DNA of 64,000 nt from Anaeromyxobacter sp. (GTDB lineage Bacteria > Myxococcota > Myxococcia > Myxococcales > Anaeromyxobacteraceae). The translations under genes and the position numbers were made by a program. Positions 32,386 to 42,225 of this stretch are shown one piece after another (position 1 is the stretch's first letter; every line of letters starts with the position of its first letter). The notes under the pieces are model-generated. The model did not search any database and was not told the origin of the DNA. It saw nothing but the letters and a program-made list of their open reading frames with translations. Location of the stretch: NCBI GenBank assembly GCA_049840735.1, contig JASGJN010000026.1, positions 32,001-96,000 of the forward strand, in the 5' to 3' direction.

Positions 32386-34148
32386 GCGTGCGGGCCGGCG
32401 AGGCGCTCCTCGACCTGGATGGCTTCGGCGGCCGGCTGGCCTTCGGCGCCCCGCGGCGCATCGTCGAGGCCTGGTCGCCGGCCGAGGTGCGGCCGGCGCT
32501 GGAGGCGGTGGAGGCCGCGGCGCGGGGCGGTGCCTGGGCGGTGGGGTTCGTGGCCTACGAGGCTGCGTCCGCCTTCGACCCCGCGCTGCGCACGCACCCG
32601 CCGGCGGCGGGGGTGCCGCTGGTGTGGTTCGGGGTGCACGATGAGGCCCGAGGAGCCAGGCCTCGGGCCTCAGGGGAGGCGCAGCTCGGCCCCCTCCTCC
32701 CCGACGTCGCCGAGCCCACGTACCGCGCCGCCGTGGAGCGCCTGCGCGAGGCCATGGCGGCCGGCGTGGCCTACCAGGTGAACCACACCTTCCGGCTGCG
32801 CGGCCCCTTCTCCGGCGACCCGCTGGCGCTCTACGAGCGGCTGCGGGCGGCGCAGGGGGGCGGGCTCTCGGCCTGCCTGTCGCTGGGGGATCGCGCGCTG
32901 GTGTCGGCCTCGCCGGAGCTGTTCCTGGCCACCCGCGGCCGGCGGGTGGTGGCGCGGCCGATGAAGGGCACGGCGCGGCGCGGCCGGTTCCTCGAGGAGG
33001 ACCAGGCGGCGGCGGCGCGCCTGGCCGGCTCGGAGAAGGAGCGGGCCGAGAACGTGATGATCGTGGACCTGCTCCGGAACGACCTGGGGCGGGTGGCGGT
33101 GCCGGGCACGGTGGAGGTGACCGCGCTCTGCCAGGTGGAGCGCTACCGGACCGTGCTGCAGCTCACCTCCACCGTCGAGGCCGAGCTGCGCCCCGACGCC
33201 GGGCTCTGGTCGCTGCTCTCGGCGGCCTTCCCCTGCGGCTCGGTCACCGGCGCGCCCAAGGCCAGCGCCATGGGGCTCATCGCCGCGGCCGAGCCGACGC
33301 CGCGCGGCGTCTACTGCGGCGCGGTGGGCGTGGTGGCGCCGGGCGGCGACGCCACCTTCAACGTGGCCATCCGGACCGTCTGGCTCGACCTGGCGCGCGG
33401 CGAGGCGGTGGCCGGCGTGGGCGGCGGCATCACCTTCGCGTCGTCGGCGGAGGCGGAGTGGCAGGAGGCGCTGGCCAAGGGTGCGTTCCTCTCGGCGCCG
33501 CCACCGCCGGACTTCGCGCTGCTGGAGACGCTGCGGCTGGAGGACGGCCGCTACCCGCGGCTCGACGGCCACCTGGCCCGGCTGATCGCCTCCGCCCGGC
33601 ACCTGGAGCGCGCAGTGGACGCGGCGCGGGTGAGGGCGGCGCTGGAGGCCGAGGCGGCCGCGGCCGGCCCGGGCGCCTGGCGCGTGCGGCTCACGGTGGG
33701 TGCGGACGGCCGCCCCGTGGTGGAGCGGGCGCCCGCCCCGGCGCCACCCGAGGGGCCGGCGCCGGTGGCGCTGGCACGCCAGCCGGTCTCCTCGCGCGAT
33801 CCCTTCCTGTTCCACAAGACCACCTGGCGCGAGCCCTACGAGCGGGCCCGGCGCGAGGCGCCGCCCGGGCTCTTCGACGTGCTGCTCTGGAACGAGGCCG
33901 GCCAGCTGACCGAGTTCACCATCGGGAACGTGGTGCTGGACCTGGAGGGCGAGCGGGTCACGCCGCCGCGCGAGGCCGGCCTCCTGGGCGGGGTGTTCCG
34001 GGCCGAGCTGCTGGCCCGCGGCGAGGTGCGGGAGCGACCCCTCCCGATCGAGGTCCTGGGGCGGGCCCGGGCCGTCTGGCTGGTCAACGCGCTGCGGGGG
34101 TGGGTCCCGGTTCGCCTGGAGGCGGCGCGGCAGGGGACGGGCGTATGA
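32382..34148 (+). CDS. pabB: Aminodeoxychorismate synthase component I fused to an aminotransferase class IV (PabC-like) domain
   Basis: SASPELF, PMKGT, KERAENVMIVDLLRNDLGR, FPCGSVTGAPK, then LLETLR..HLARL..HKTT..EFTIGN. Confidence 0.88.
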   Translation: MSVRAGEALLDLDGFGGRLAFGAPRRIVEAWSPAEVRPALEAVEAAARGGAWAVGFVAYEAASAFDPALRTHPPAAGVPLVWFGVHDEARGARPRASGEAQLGPLLPDVAEPTYRAAVERLREAMAAGVAYQVNHTFRLRGPFSGDPLALYERLRAAQGGGLSACLSLGDRALVSASPELFLATRGRRVVARPMKGTARRGRFLEEDQAAAARLAGSEKERAENVMIVDLLRNDLGRVAVPGTVEVTALCQVERYRTVLQLTSTVEAELRPDAGLWSLLSAAFPCGSVTGAPKASAMGLIAAAEPTPRGVYCGAVGVVAPGGDATFNVAIRTVWLDLARGEAVAGVGGGITFASSAEAEWQEALAKGAFLSAPPPPDFALLETLRLEDGRYPRLDGHLARLIASARHLERAVDAARVRAALEAEAAAAGPGAWRVRLTVGADGRPVVERAPAPAPPEGPAPVALARQPVSSRDPFLFHKTTWREPYERARREAPPGLFDVLLWNEAGQLTEFTIGNVVLDLEGERVTPPREAGLLGGVFRAELLARGEVRERPLPIEVLGRARAVWLVNALRGWVPVRLEAARQGTGV

Positions 34149-34155
34149 TGGGGCG

Positions 34156-35295
34156 ATGCGCGCGCACAGCGAGCCCACCCCGTCGCTCCCGCCGGTGACC
34201 GAGGCGCTGATCCAGGCGCTGCCCAAGACCGACCTGCACTGCCACCTGGACGGCTCGCTCCGGCTCCAGACCTTGCTGGACCTGGCCGACGCGCAGGGCG
34301 TGCAGCTGCCCGCCAGCACGCCGGAGGGGCTGGCGGCCGCCATCCACATGGGCGAGCAGTGCCACTCGCTGGAGGACTACCTCACCGCCTTCGACGTCAC
34401 GCTGGCGGTGCTCCAGACCGAGGACGCGCTCTACCGCGTGGCCCGCGAGCTGGCGCTGGACTGCGCCGCCGAGAACGTGCGCTACCTCGAGGTGCGCTAC
34501 TCGCCGGTCCTGCACACGCGCCAGGGGCTCAAGCCCACCGCCATCGTGGACGCCGTGCTGGACGGGCTCCGCGCGGCGCAGCAGGAGGCCGGCATCCGCT
34601 CCAACGTGATCATCTGCGGGATCCGCCACATCGACCCGCAGACCTCGGTGCGGCTGGCGGAGCTGGCGGTGGCCTACAAGGGCAAGGGGGTGGTGGGCTT
34701 CGACCTGGCCGGCGCGGAGGAGGGCTACCCGGCCCGCCACCACCGCGAGGCCATCCAGCTCATCCTCGACAACAACGTGAACGTCACCATCCACGCCGGC
34801 GAGGCCTACGGGCCCGAGTCGATCGCGCAGGCGGTCCACCAGTGCGGCGCGCACCGCATCGGCCACGGCGTGCGGCTGCGCGAGAACGGCGACCTGCTCA
34901 ACTACCTCAACGACCACCGCATCCCGCTGGAGATGTGCCCCTCCTCCAACGTGCAGACGCGCTCGGTGAGCGGCGTGGCGGCCCACCCGCTCCGCTTCTA
35001 CTTCGACTTCGGGCTGCGGGTGACCATCAACACCGACAACCGGCTGGTCACCAACACCACCTGCACCAAGGAGCTGCTGCTGGCCCACCGCGAGCTGGGC
35101 TTCTCGCTGCAGGACCTGTGCACCGTGCTGGTGCAGGGCTTCAAGAGCGCCTTCCTCCCATTCCGCGAGAAGGCCGAGCTCCTGCGCGAGGTGAACCAGG
35201 AGATCGCCGACGTGCTGGCCCGCTTCTCGGCGGCGCCGGCGCCGGTGGCGGCCGGGGCCGCCGCGGCCGTGGTCCGGAAGGCGGGCTCGCCGTGA
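34156..35295 (+). CDS. add: Adenosine deaminase
   Basis: LPKTDLHCHLDGS, TIHAGE, HRIGHG, EMCPSSN, NTDN. Confidence 0.93.
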   Translation: MRAHSEPTPSLPPVTEALIQALPKTDLHCHLDGSLRLQTLLDLADAQGVQLPASTPEGLAAAIHMGEQCHSLEDYLTAFDVTLAVLQTEDALYRVARELALDCAAENVRYLEVRYSPVLHTRQGLKPTAIVDAVLDGLRAAQQEAGIRSNVIICGIRHIDPQTSVRLAELAVAYKGKGVVGFDLAGAEEGYPARHHREAIQLILDNNVNVTIHAGEAYGPESIAQAVHQCGAHRIGHGVRLRENGDLLNYLNDHRIPLEMCPSSNVQTRSVSGVAAHPLRFYFDFGLRVTINTDNRLVTNTTCTKELLLAHRELGFSLQDLCTVLVQGFKSAFLPFREKAELLREVNQEIADVLARFSAAPAPVAAGAAAAVVRKAGSP

Positions 35296-35780
35296 CCGCC
35301 CGCCTCCACTTCAAGTCGCCGCTGGGCTGGCTCTCCGCCGAGGCCACCGACGAGGGGCTGTGCGGGCTGGTGATCGGCGAGCGCGGGCCGCCCCGCCCGC
35401 CGGTGACGGCCGCCGCGCGCGGCCACCTGGAGGCGGCGGAGCAGGCGCTGCGCGACTACTTCGCCGGGCGCGCGCCCGCCGCCCTGCCGGCGCTGGACCT
35501 CAAGGGCTCGCCCTTCCAGCGCGAGGTCTGGGCCGCGCTGCTGGCCATCCCCTGGGGCGAGGTGCGGACCTACGGCGAGCTGGCCCAGGCGCTGGGCAAG
35601 GCGGGCGGTGCGCGGGCGGTGGGCGGCGCCAACGCGGAGAACCCGGTGGCCATCCTGGTCCCCTGCCACCGCGTGGTCCAGGCCAGCGGCCGCATCGGCG
35701 GCTACGCGGGCGGGGTCGAGGTCAAGCGCTGGTTGCTGGCCCACGAGGCCGCGTACGCGCCGGCGCTGCGGCGGCCGTAG
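35292..35780 (+). CDS. ogt: Methylated-DNA--protein-cysteine methyltransferase
   Basis: FQREVWAAL..IPWGEVRTYG, RAVGGA, PCHRV active site. Confidence 0.93.
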   Translation: MTARLHFKSPLGWLSAEATDEGLCGLVIGERGPPRPPVTAAARGHLEAAEQALRDYFAGRAPAALPALDLKGSPFQREVWAALLAIPWGEVRTYGELAQALGKAGGARAVGGANAENPVAILVPCHRVVQASGRIGGYAGGVEVKRWLLAHEAAYAPALRRP

Positions 35781-35826
35781 AGAACCTCAATCCCCCAAAG
35801 TGGTCGCAAGCGGCCGCTTGCCGGAC

Positions 35827-35876
35827 CCGTTCGGCCTGAGCGTAGCGCCCGCGCAGCGGGCGCGGAGTCGAAGGCC
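35827..35876 (+). repeat. REP-like palindrome copy
   Basis: CCGTTCGGCCTGAGCGTA-GCGCCCGC-GCA-GCGGGCGC-GGAGTCGAAGGCC. Confidence 0.92.
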
Positions 35877-35999
35877 AGGGCGCTCCCGCCCGCGCCAATC
35901 CGGCGAGCGGATCCGTGCGCGCGGCTCGTTTGCTTCCTTGCTCCCCGGGGACGTGGTGCGTAGCATCCTTCCACCCCCTACACCAGGAGTGTCGCCGTC

Positions 36000-37238
36000 A
36001 TGGAAACCCTCGCGATGATCCTGGCTGGCGGCGAGGGGCGGCGGCTCGACCCCCTGACCCGCGAGCGCGCCAAGCCGGCCGTGCCGTTCGGCGGCCGCTA
36101 CCGGATCATCGATTTCGTCCTCTCGAACCTGGCCAACTCCGGGTTCCTGAAGATGAAGGTCCTGGTGCAGTACAAGTCGGAGTCGCTCAACACGCACCTG
36201 CAGCGCGGCTGGCGGCTGACCGCGGCGCTGAACCAGTACGTGGAGCTGGTGCCGGCGCAGATGCGCATGGGGCCGAAGTGGTTCGAGGGCTCGGCCGACG
36301 CCATCTTCCAGAACCTCAACATCATCACCGACGAGCAGCCCGAGTACACGCTGATCTTCGGCGCCGACAACATCTACCGCATGGACGTGCGGCAGATGAT
36401 GGACTTCCACCTCGAGAACAAGGCCGACCTGACGGTGGCGGCCATCCCCATCCCCGTGGGCGAGGCCAGCGAGTTCGGCATCATCGAGGTGGACGCCGAC
36501 GGGCGCATGATCGGCTTCACCGAGAAGCCGAAGGAGGGCGCCAAGACCATGCCCGGCGACCCGACCCGCTGCCTGGCGTCGATGGGCAACTACATCTTCA
36601 CCACCGAGGCGCTGGTCCAGGAGATTGTCCGCGACGCCGGGGACCCCAACAGCGCGCACGACTTCGGCAAGTCGATCGTGGCCTCGATGTACGAGCGGAG
36701 GCGCGTCTTCGTCTACGACTTCGCCAAGAACGTGGTGCCCAACCAGAGCGAGCGGGAGCGCGGCTACTGGCGCGACGTGGGGAGCATCGACGCCTACTTC
36801 CAGGCCAGCATGGACCTGGTGGCGGTGGACCCGGTCTTCTCGCTCTACAACGACCAGTGGCCGATCTTCACCATCCAGTACAACTACCCGCCGGCCAAGT
36901 TCGTCTTCAACAGCAGCCACGAGGACCGCGTCGGCGAGGCGACCGACTCGCTGGTCTCGGAGGGCTGCATCCTCTCCGGCGGCCGCGTGGACCGCTGCAT
37001 CCTCTCCCCCAAGGTGCGCGTCAACAGCTACACGCACGTGGAGGAGTCGATCCTCTTCGAGAACGTCAACATCGGCCGCCACTGCAAGATCCGCCGGGCC
37101 ATCATCGACAAGCACGTGCAGATCCCCGCCGGCACCACCATCGGCTACGACCTGGAGAAGGACCGGCGGCAGTTCCACGTCACCGACAGCGGCCTGGTGA
37201 TCATCCCCAAGGGCATGCGCATCGAGCCGTCGCGCTAG
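36000..37238 (+). CDS. glgC: Glucose-1-phosphate adenylyltransferase
   Basis: [52 protein letters not shown]. Confidence 0.96.
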   Translation: METLAMILAGGEGRRLDPLTRERAKPAVPFGGRYRIIDFVLSNLANSGFLKMKVLVQYKSESLNTHLQRGWRLTAALNQYVELVPAQMRMGPKWFEGSADAIFQNLNIITDEQPEYTLIFGADNIYRMDVRQMMDFHLENKADLTVAAIPIPVGEASEFGIIEVDADGRMIGFTEKPKEGAKTMPGDPTRCLASMGNYIFTTEALVQEIVRDAGDPNSAHDFGKSIVASMYERRRVFVYDFAKNVVPNQSERERGYWRDVGSIDAYFQASMDLVAVDPVFSLYNDQWPIFTIQYNYPPAKFVFNSSHEDRVGEATDSLVSEGCILSGGRVDRCILSPKVRVNSYTHVEESILFENVNIGRHCKIRRAIIDKHVQIPAGTTIGYDLEKDRRQFHVTDSGLVIIPKGMRIEPSR

Positions 37239-37471
37239 ACGACCGTGCGCGATTCGGGATCGGCTTCGCTGCCCCTCCCCCGCGCATGCGCGCGGGTCCC
37301 CACCCTGCCCACGAACAAGTACGATTGGTCGCACGGCCCCGTGCGGGCCGGCCCCGTGCGAGCGCGGGACGAAGCGCGCCGGCGCGCCTCCGAGGATCAG
37401 GAGCCTGGACTGCCCCCGAACGGCGACGGCCGGCGGGCCCGGCGGTATCATGCCGGCAACGGGGAGGCGGC

Positions 37472-40400
37472 TTGGAGCGGGTCCGCAAGTTCTACGAAGA
37501 GTTGAGGCGGCGGCGGATCCTGCGGGCCATGGGCGCCTACGCGGTGGGGGCGTTCGCGCTGCTCCAGGTCTCGGAGCCGGTCGTCCACGGGCTCAGCCTG
37601 CCGGAGTGGGTCATCAAGGCGGTGGTGATCGCCTGCGCGGCCGGCTTCCCGGTCGCCTTCGTGCTGGCCTGGCTCTTCGACCTGACCGCGCGTGGCATCG
37701 AGCGCACGCCGGACGCCCCCTCCAGCCCGCGCCCGCCCACCCCGCCGGCCGCCGGCGCGCCGGTCCACCCGGGCGCCATGACGGCGCTCCTCGACGAGCT
37801 GGCGCGCGCGCCCGAGGTGGCGCCGCAGGAGCTGCGGCCGCTCCGCCCTGGCGAGACGGTGGGCCGGTTCGAGATCCTGCGGGAGATCGGCCGCGGCGGG
37901 TTCGGCGTGGTCTACGAGGCGCGCGACGGCGGCCTGGGCCGGCTGGTGGCGCTCAAGACCATCCAGCCCCGGCGCGGCGTCGACGCGGCCATGCTCGGCG
38001 CCGAGGCCGAGGCGGCCGCCCAGCTGCAGCACCCGAACATCGTCACCATCCACGACCTGGGCACCGACGGCGCGCGCGCCTGGATGGTGCTGGAGCTGCT
38101 GCGCGGCGAGACCCTGCAGGAGCGGCTGCGCCACGGGCCCATGACGCCGGCCGAGGCGCTCCGCACCTCGCTGGGCGTGGCCCGCGGGCTGGCCCACGCC
38201 CACCGCGCCGGCATCGTCCACCGCGACCTCAAGACCGCCAACGTCTTCCTGACCGAGGACGGCTCGGCCAAGATCCTCGACTTCGGCCTCTCGCGCATGT
38301 TCGGCAGCGCCGGGCTGGAGGGCGGCACGCCCGGCTACATGGCGCCGGAGCAGGCCCGGGGCGAGCCGCAGGACGCCCGCACCGACGTCTTCGCCGCGGC
38401 GGTGATGACCTGGGAGATGCTGACCGGCGCGCGGCCCTACCCGGTGGTGGACGGGCGCAACACGGTGCTCGACGCCGCCCACCCGCCGCGGCTGCCGGTG
38501 AGCGCCCCGGCGGCGCTGCGCCGGCTGCTCGCGGCGGCGCTGCAGCCGGAATCCGGCGAAGCGTCCGCGCGACGGGGCGGCCTGGCTGGAGGGGCTGATG
38601 GCGGTGGAGGCGGCCGGGGCGCGGCGGCGCTCGCGCCGCTCGCTGGCGCTGGGCGCAGGGGCGGCCGCGGTGGTGGCCGGGGGGCTGGTGGCGCTGGCCT
38701 GGGGGCGGCAGGGGCAGGGTCCAGGTGCGGGCGCCGAGCCGGCGGTGCGCATCCCGGTGGCGGTCGCCGACGTGCGCAACGGCACCTCCGACCCCGAGCT
38801 GGACGGCCTCTCCGGCATGCTGGTCACCTCGCTGGAGCAGTCGCGCGGGCTCCTGGTGCTGACCCGCTCGCGCCTGGTGGACGCCATCCGGCAGCTGGGC
38901 AAGGAGCCGCCGGAGGTGGTGGACGAGCCGCTGGCGCGCGAGATCGGGCGCAGCCTGGGCGTGAAGGCGCTGCTGCTGGCCACCGTCCACCGCTTCGACG
39001 ACGTCTACGCCATCGAGCTGCGGGCGCTGGACCCGACCACCAACGAGTACCTCTTCACCATCAAGGAGCAGGGGCGGGGCAAGGCGCTGGTGCCCGAGCT
39101 GATCGACCGGCTGGCCCGCGGCGCCCGCGACCGGCTGGCCGCCGGGCAGGTGGAGGTGGAGGGCTCGCGCCGCGCCGTGGCCGACCTGACCACGCCCAAC
39201 CTGGCCGCCTACGAGCGCTACTTCAACGCCCGCCGCGCCATCGACCTGCGCCAGTTCGACGTGGCCCGCCGCGAGCTGGACGCCGCCCTGGTGGAGGACC
39301 CGGACTTCGCCCTGGCCCACTATGCGCGGGTGGTCCTCGACGCCTGGACCCACCCGCTGGGCAACGCCGGGCTGGAGGGGCCGGAGGCGAAGAAGGACCA
39401 CGAGCGGCTGGAGGCGGCGGTGCGGCTGGCCGACCGGCTGCCGGAGCGCGAACGGCTGGGGCTCCTGGGCTGGAAGGCCACCGCCGACGGTGACAACGCC
39501 ACCGCGCGCAGGCTGCGCGACGAGGCGGCGCGCGCCTACCCGCAGGACAAGGACGCTGTCTTCTGGGCCGGCGACCAGCGCTACCACACCGGCGACGTGA
39601 AGGGCGCCATGCCCTACTTCGAGCAGGCGCTGGCGCTCGACCCGGACTACCGGCTGGTGCTCGAGCACCTGGTGCGGGCCTCGTCGCAGCTGGGCCGGCG
39701 CGACGACGAGCTCAAGTACGCGCAGCGCTGGGCGCAGGCGGCCGGCACGGTGGAGAGCAAGTTCGCGCTGGCGCACGCGCTGCTGGGGCTGGATCGCGTG
39801 GACGAGGCGCAGCGGGTCTACGACGAGGCGGCCGGCGCGCGCTGGGACGCGCCGCCCATGCTGGGCTGGCTGGCGCGGCACGGCCGGGTCAAGGAGGCGG
39901 AGGCGCGCGCCCGGGCCATGCTGGCCGCCCCGCCGCCGCCCGGCGTGGTGGAGCTCACCGCCCAGGCCCCCGCCGACGGCGGGCCCCTGCGCGGCGTGGC
40001 CGACGCGCTCGAGTCGCTGCTGGTGTACCAGGGGCGCGTGGGCGAGGCCGAGGCGCTCTCGCTGCCCCGCTACGCGCTGCGGCCGGAGAAGGAGCGGCTC
40101 TCGCGGCTGCTCACCTTCGGCATGATCACGCGCGACCCGGCCCGCGTGCGGCGCGCGGTGGCCGCGCTGGAGGGCGCCAGCGGGCCGGTGGACGCGGTGC
40201 AGTGGACCCAGGCCGCGGCCAGCGCCGGCATCACCGGCGACCGCGACGCGGCGCGGGCGCTGGAGGTGCGGGCGCGAGCGGCGCGGGACTGGACGTTCAT
40301 GCCCGCCAACGTCCGCGACCTGCTGGAGGGGATCCTGGCCCTGGGGACCGGCCGCTCCGGCGAGGCGGAGCCGCGCCTGCGCGCCGGCACCGGGCAGGAG

Positions 40401-40859
40401 CTGAAGGGCGTGGCCTACCAGTCGTCGGTCCTGCTCGGTGAGCTGCTGGTGCGGGATCACCGCGCGCGCGAGGCGCTGCCGGTGCTGGCGCAGGCCACGT
40501 CGGCCTCGACCGGCGCCGACGACCTGGTCCACTGCTGGCTGCACCCGCTGGTGTTGCTCCGGACCGCCCAGGCGCACGAGGCCGTGGGCGAGGTGGACCA
40601 GGCCCGGGCCGCGCTGGACCAGCTGCAGGCGATCTGGACCCGCGCCGACGCCGACCTGCCGCTGGTGATCGAGGCGCGCGAGCTGCGCAAGCGGCTGGGC
40701 GGGCCGGTCCGCCCGGCGGTCGCGCCCCCTGCGCCCCCTGCGCCGCCGGCCCCGCAGCCCTCCACGCCCGGCCTCCCACCCCCGCCCGCTCCGCCCGCGC
40801 CGGCGGGCGCGACGGTCCCGCCGCCGACTCCCTCACCTGCCGCCGGAGCCGCACCATGA
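37472..40859 (+). CDS. Membrane Hanks-type Ser/Thr kinase with TolB-N-like and TPR domains; +1 frameshift at ~38550
   Basis: GRGGFG, VALK, HRDLK, DFG, GTPGYMAPE; removing one A gives QPDPAKRPRDG, matching QPEPARRPRDG of the paralogue at 59.7 kb. Confidence 0.88.
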
Positions 40860-41230
40860 GCGACGCCCCCGTCACCGGCGACCTGGCCGACAAGTTCGAC
40901 GCGCTCCAGGAGCAGTGGCGCCCGCACGCCGTGGCCGCGCTGAACGGCCAGGAGCTGAAGGTGGTCAAGGTGCAGGGCACCTTCCCCTGGCACCGCCACG
41001 CCGACTGCGAGGAGCTGTTCCTGGTCTGGCGCGGCACCTTCCGCGTCGAGTTCCGCGATCGGGTGGTGACGCTCGAGCCCGGCCAGTTCTGCGTGGTCCC
41101 GCGCGGCGTGGAGCACCGCACCGCCGCCGACGAGGAGGCCGAGGTGCTGATCGTCGAGCCCGCCGGCGTGGTGAACACCGGCGACGCGCCGGCGTCGGAG
41201 TACACGGCGCCGGTGGGGGCGAGGCTGTAA
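40856..41230 (+). CDS. Cupin domain protein
   Basis: FPWHRHADCEELFLV..PGQFCVVPRGVEH. Confidence 0.9.
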   Translation: MSDAPVTGDLADKFDALQEQWRPHAVAALNGQELKVVKVQGTFPWHRHADCEELFLVWRGTFRVEFRDRVVTLEPGQFCVVPRGVEHRTAADEEAEVLIVEPAGVVNTGDAPASEYTAPVGARL

Positions 41231-41245
41231 AGGCGCGTTGGCCCT

Positions 41246-41643
41246 GCCCTTCGACTCCGCCGCGGCGTCGCCGCGGCTACGCTCAGGGCGAACGGGGTTC
41301 GCGCACTCGGGCGTTCTGAGCGTAGCGCCCGCGTGAGCAGGCGCGCGGAGGTAGGGCTGAGGGCGAACGGTGGCAGGCTCCGTTCGGCAAGGCTGAGGGC
41401 GGACGGTGGCAGGTCCGTTCGGTAAGGCTGAGGGCGGACGGTGGCAGGCTCCGTTCGGTAGGACTGAGGGCGAACGGTGGCAGGCTCCGTTCGGTAAGGC
41501 TGAGGGCGGACGGTGGCAGGCTCCGTTCGGCAAGGCTGAGGGTGGACGGTGGCAGGTCCGTTCGGAAGGGCTGAGGGCGAACGGTGGCAGGTCCGTTCGG
41601 CCTGAGCGTAGCGCCCGCACCGGCGGGCGCGGAGTCGAAGGCC
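41246..41643. repeat. REP cluster with a 35/36-bp tandem array (7 units, 41355-41600)
   Basis: Unit GGCTGAGGGCGRACGGTGGCAGG(C)TCCGTTCGGYAA starting at 41355, 41391, 41426, 41462, 41498, 41534 and 41569; REPs at 41246, ~41311 and 41593. Confidence 0.95.
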
Positions 41644-41658
41644 AGGGATCCTCTCCCG

Positions 41659-42048
41659 CTACGCCAGGCTCCGCTCCACCGCCCCGCGGCCGACCAGGCG
41701 CTCCGCCTTGTTGAAGGCGATCTGCAGGTCCACCGGCTTTTCCATCACGTCCCAGGCGCCCAGCTCCAGCAGCAGGTCGCGCAGGTTCTGGTCCCCGCCG
41801 TAGGCGGAGATGACCAGCACCGGGATGCCGCGGGTGCGCGGGTTGGCCTTGAGCTGCTGCAGCGCGTCGCGCCCGTCCAGCTTGGGCATGGCCACGTCGA
41901 GCAGGATCAGGTCGGGCACCTCGGCGGCGGCGACCACCAGGGTCTCGGCGCCGTCCCGGGCGTAGACCACGGTGTGGCCGCGGCTGGCGGCGAACGCGGC
42001 GTACAGCTTCGCGACCGCAGCGTCGTCCTCGGCGACCAGGATCCGCAT
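41659..42048 (-). CDS. Single-domain response regulator (receiver)
   Basis: ILVAEDD, LLDVAMP, SA, KP motifs. Confidence 0.92.
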   Translation of the reverse strand: MRILVAEDDAAVAKLYAAFAASRGHTVVYARDGAETLVVAAAEVPDLILLDVAMPKLDGRDALQQLKANPRTRGIPVLVISAYGGDQNLRDLLLELGAWDVMEKPVDLQIAFNKAERLVGRGAVERSLA

Positions 42049-42225
42049 CGGGGCCCTCGGGTGATGAGATGAGCGTCTCTGTGGGTGAGGATAGCGCTTG
42101 GGGCAAGGGGCGCAACGGCCGCCTGCAGGATCTTGTGGGCTCCGTGGGCCAGCCGGGCCGGCGTCCCAGGTGACGGGCAGGTGAAAACCGCCCGATCGCT
42201 CGGCTGGTTCGGCGGATCCGGCCGC

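Noticed and set aside
41355..41600. CRISPR array (36-bp period; also the 18-bp array beside a Cas4-like gene)
   Set aside because: Units are contiguous with no unique spacers, and there are no cas1/cas2 or effector genes
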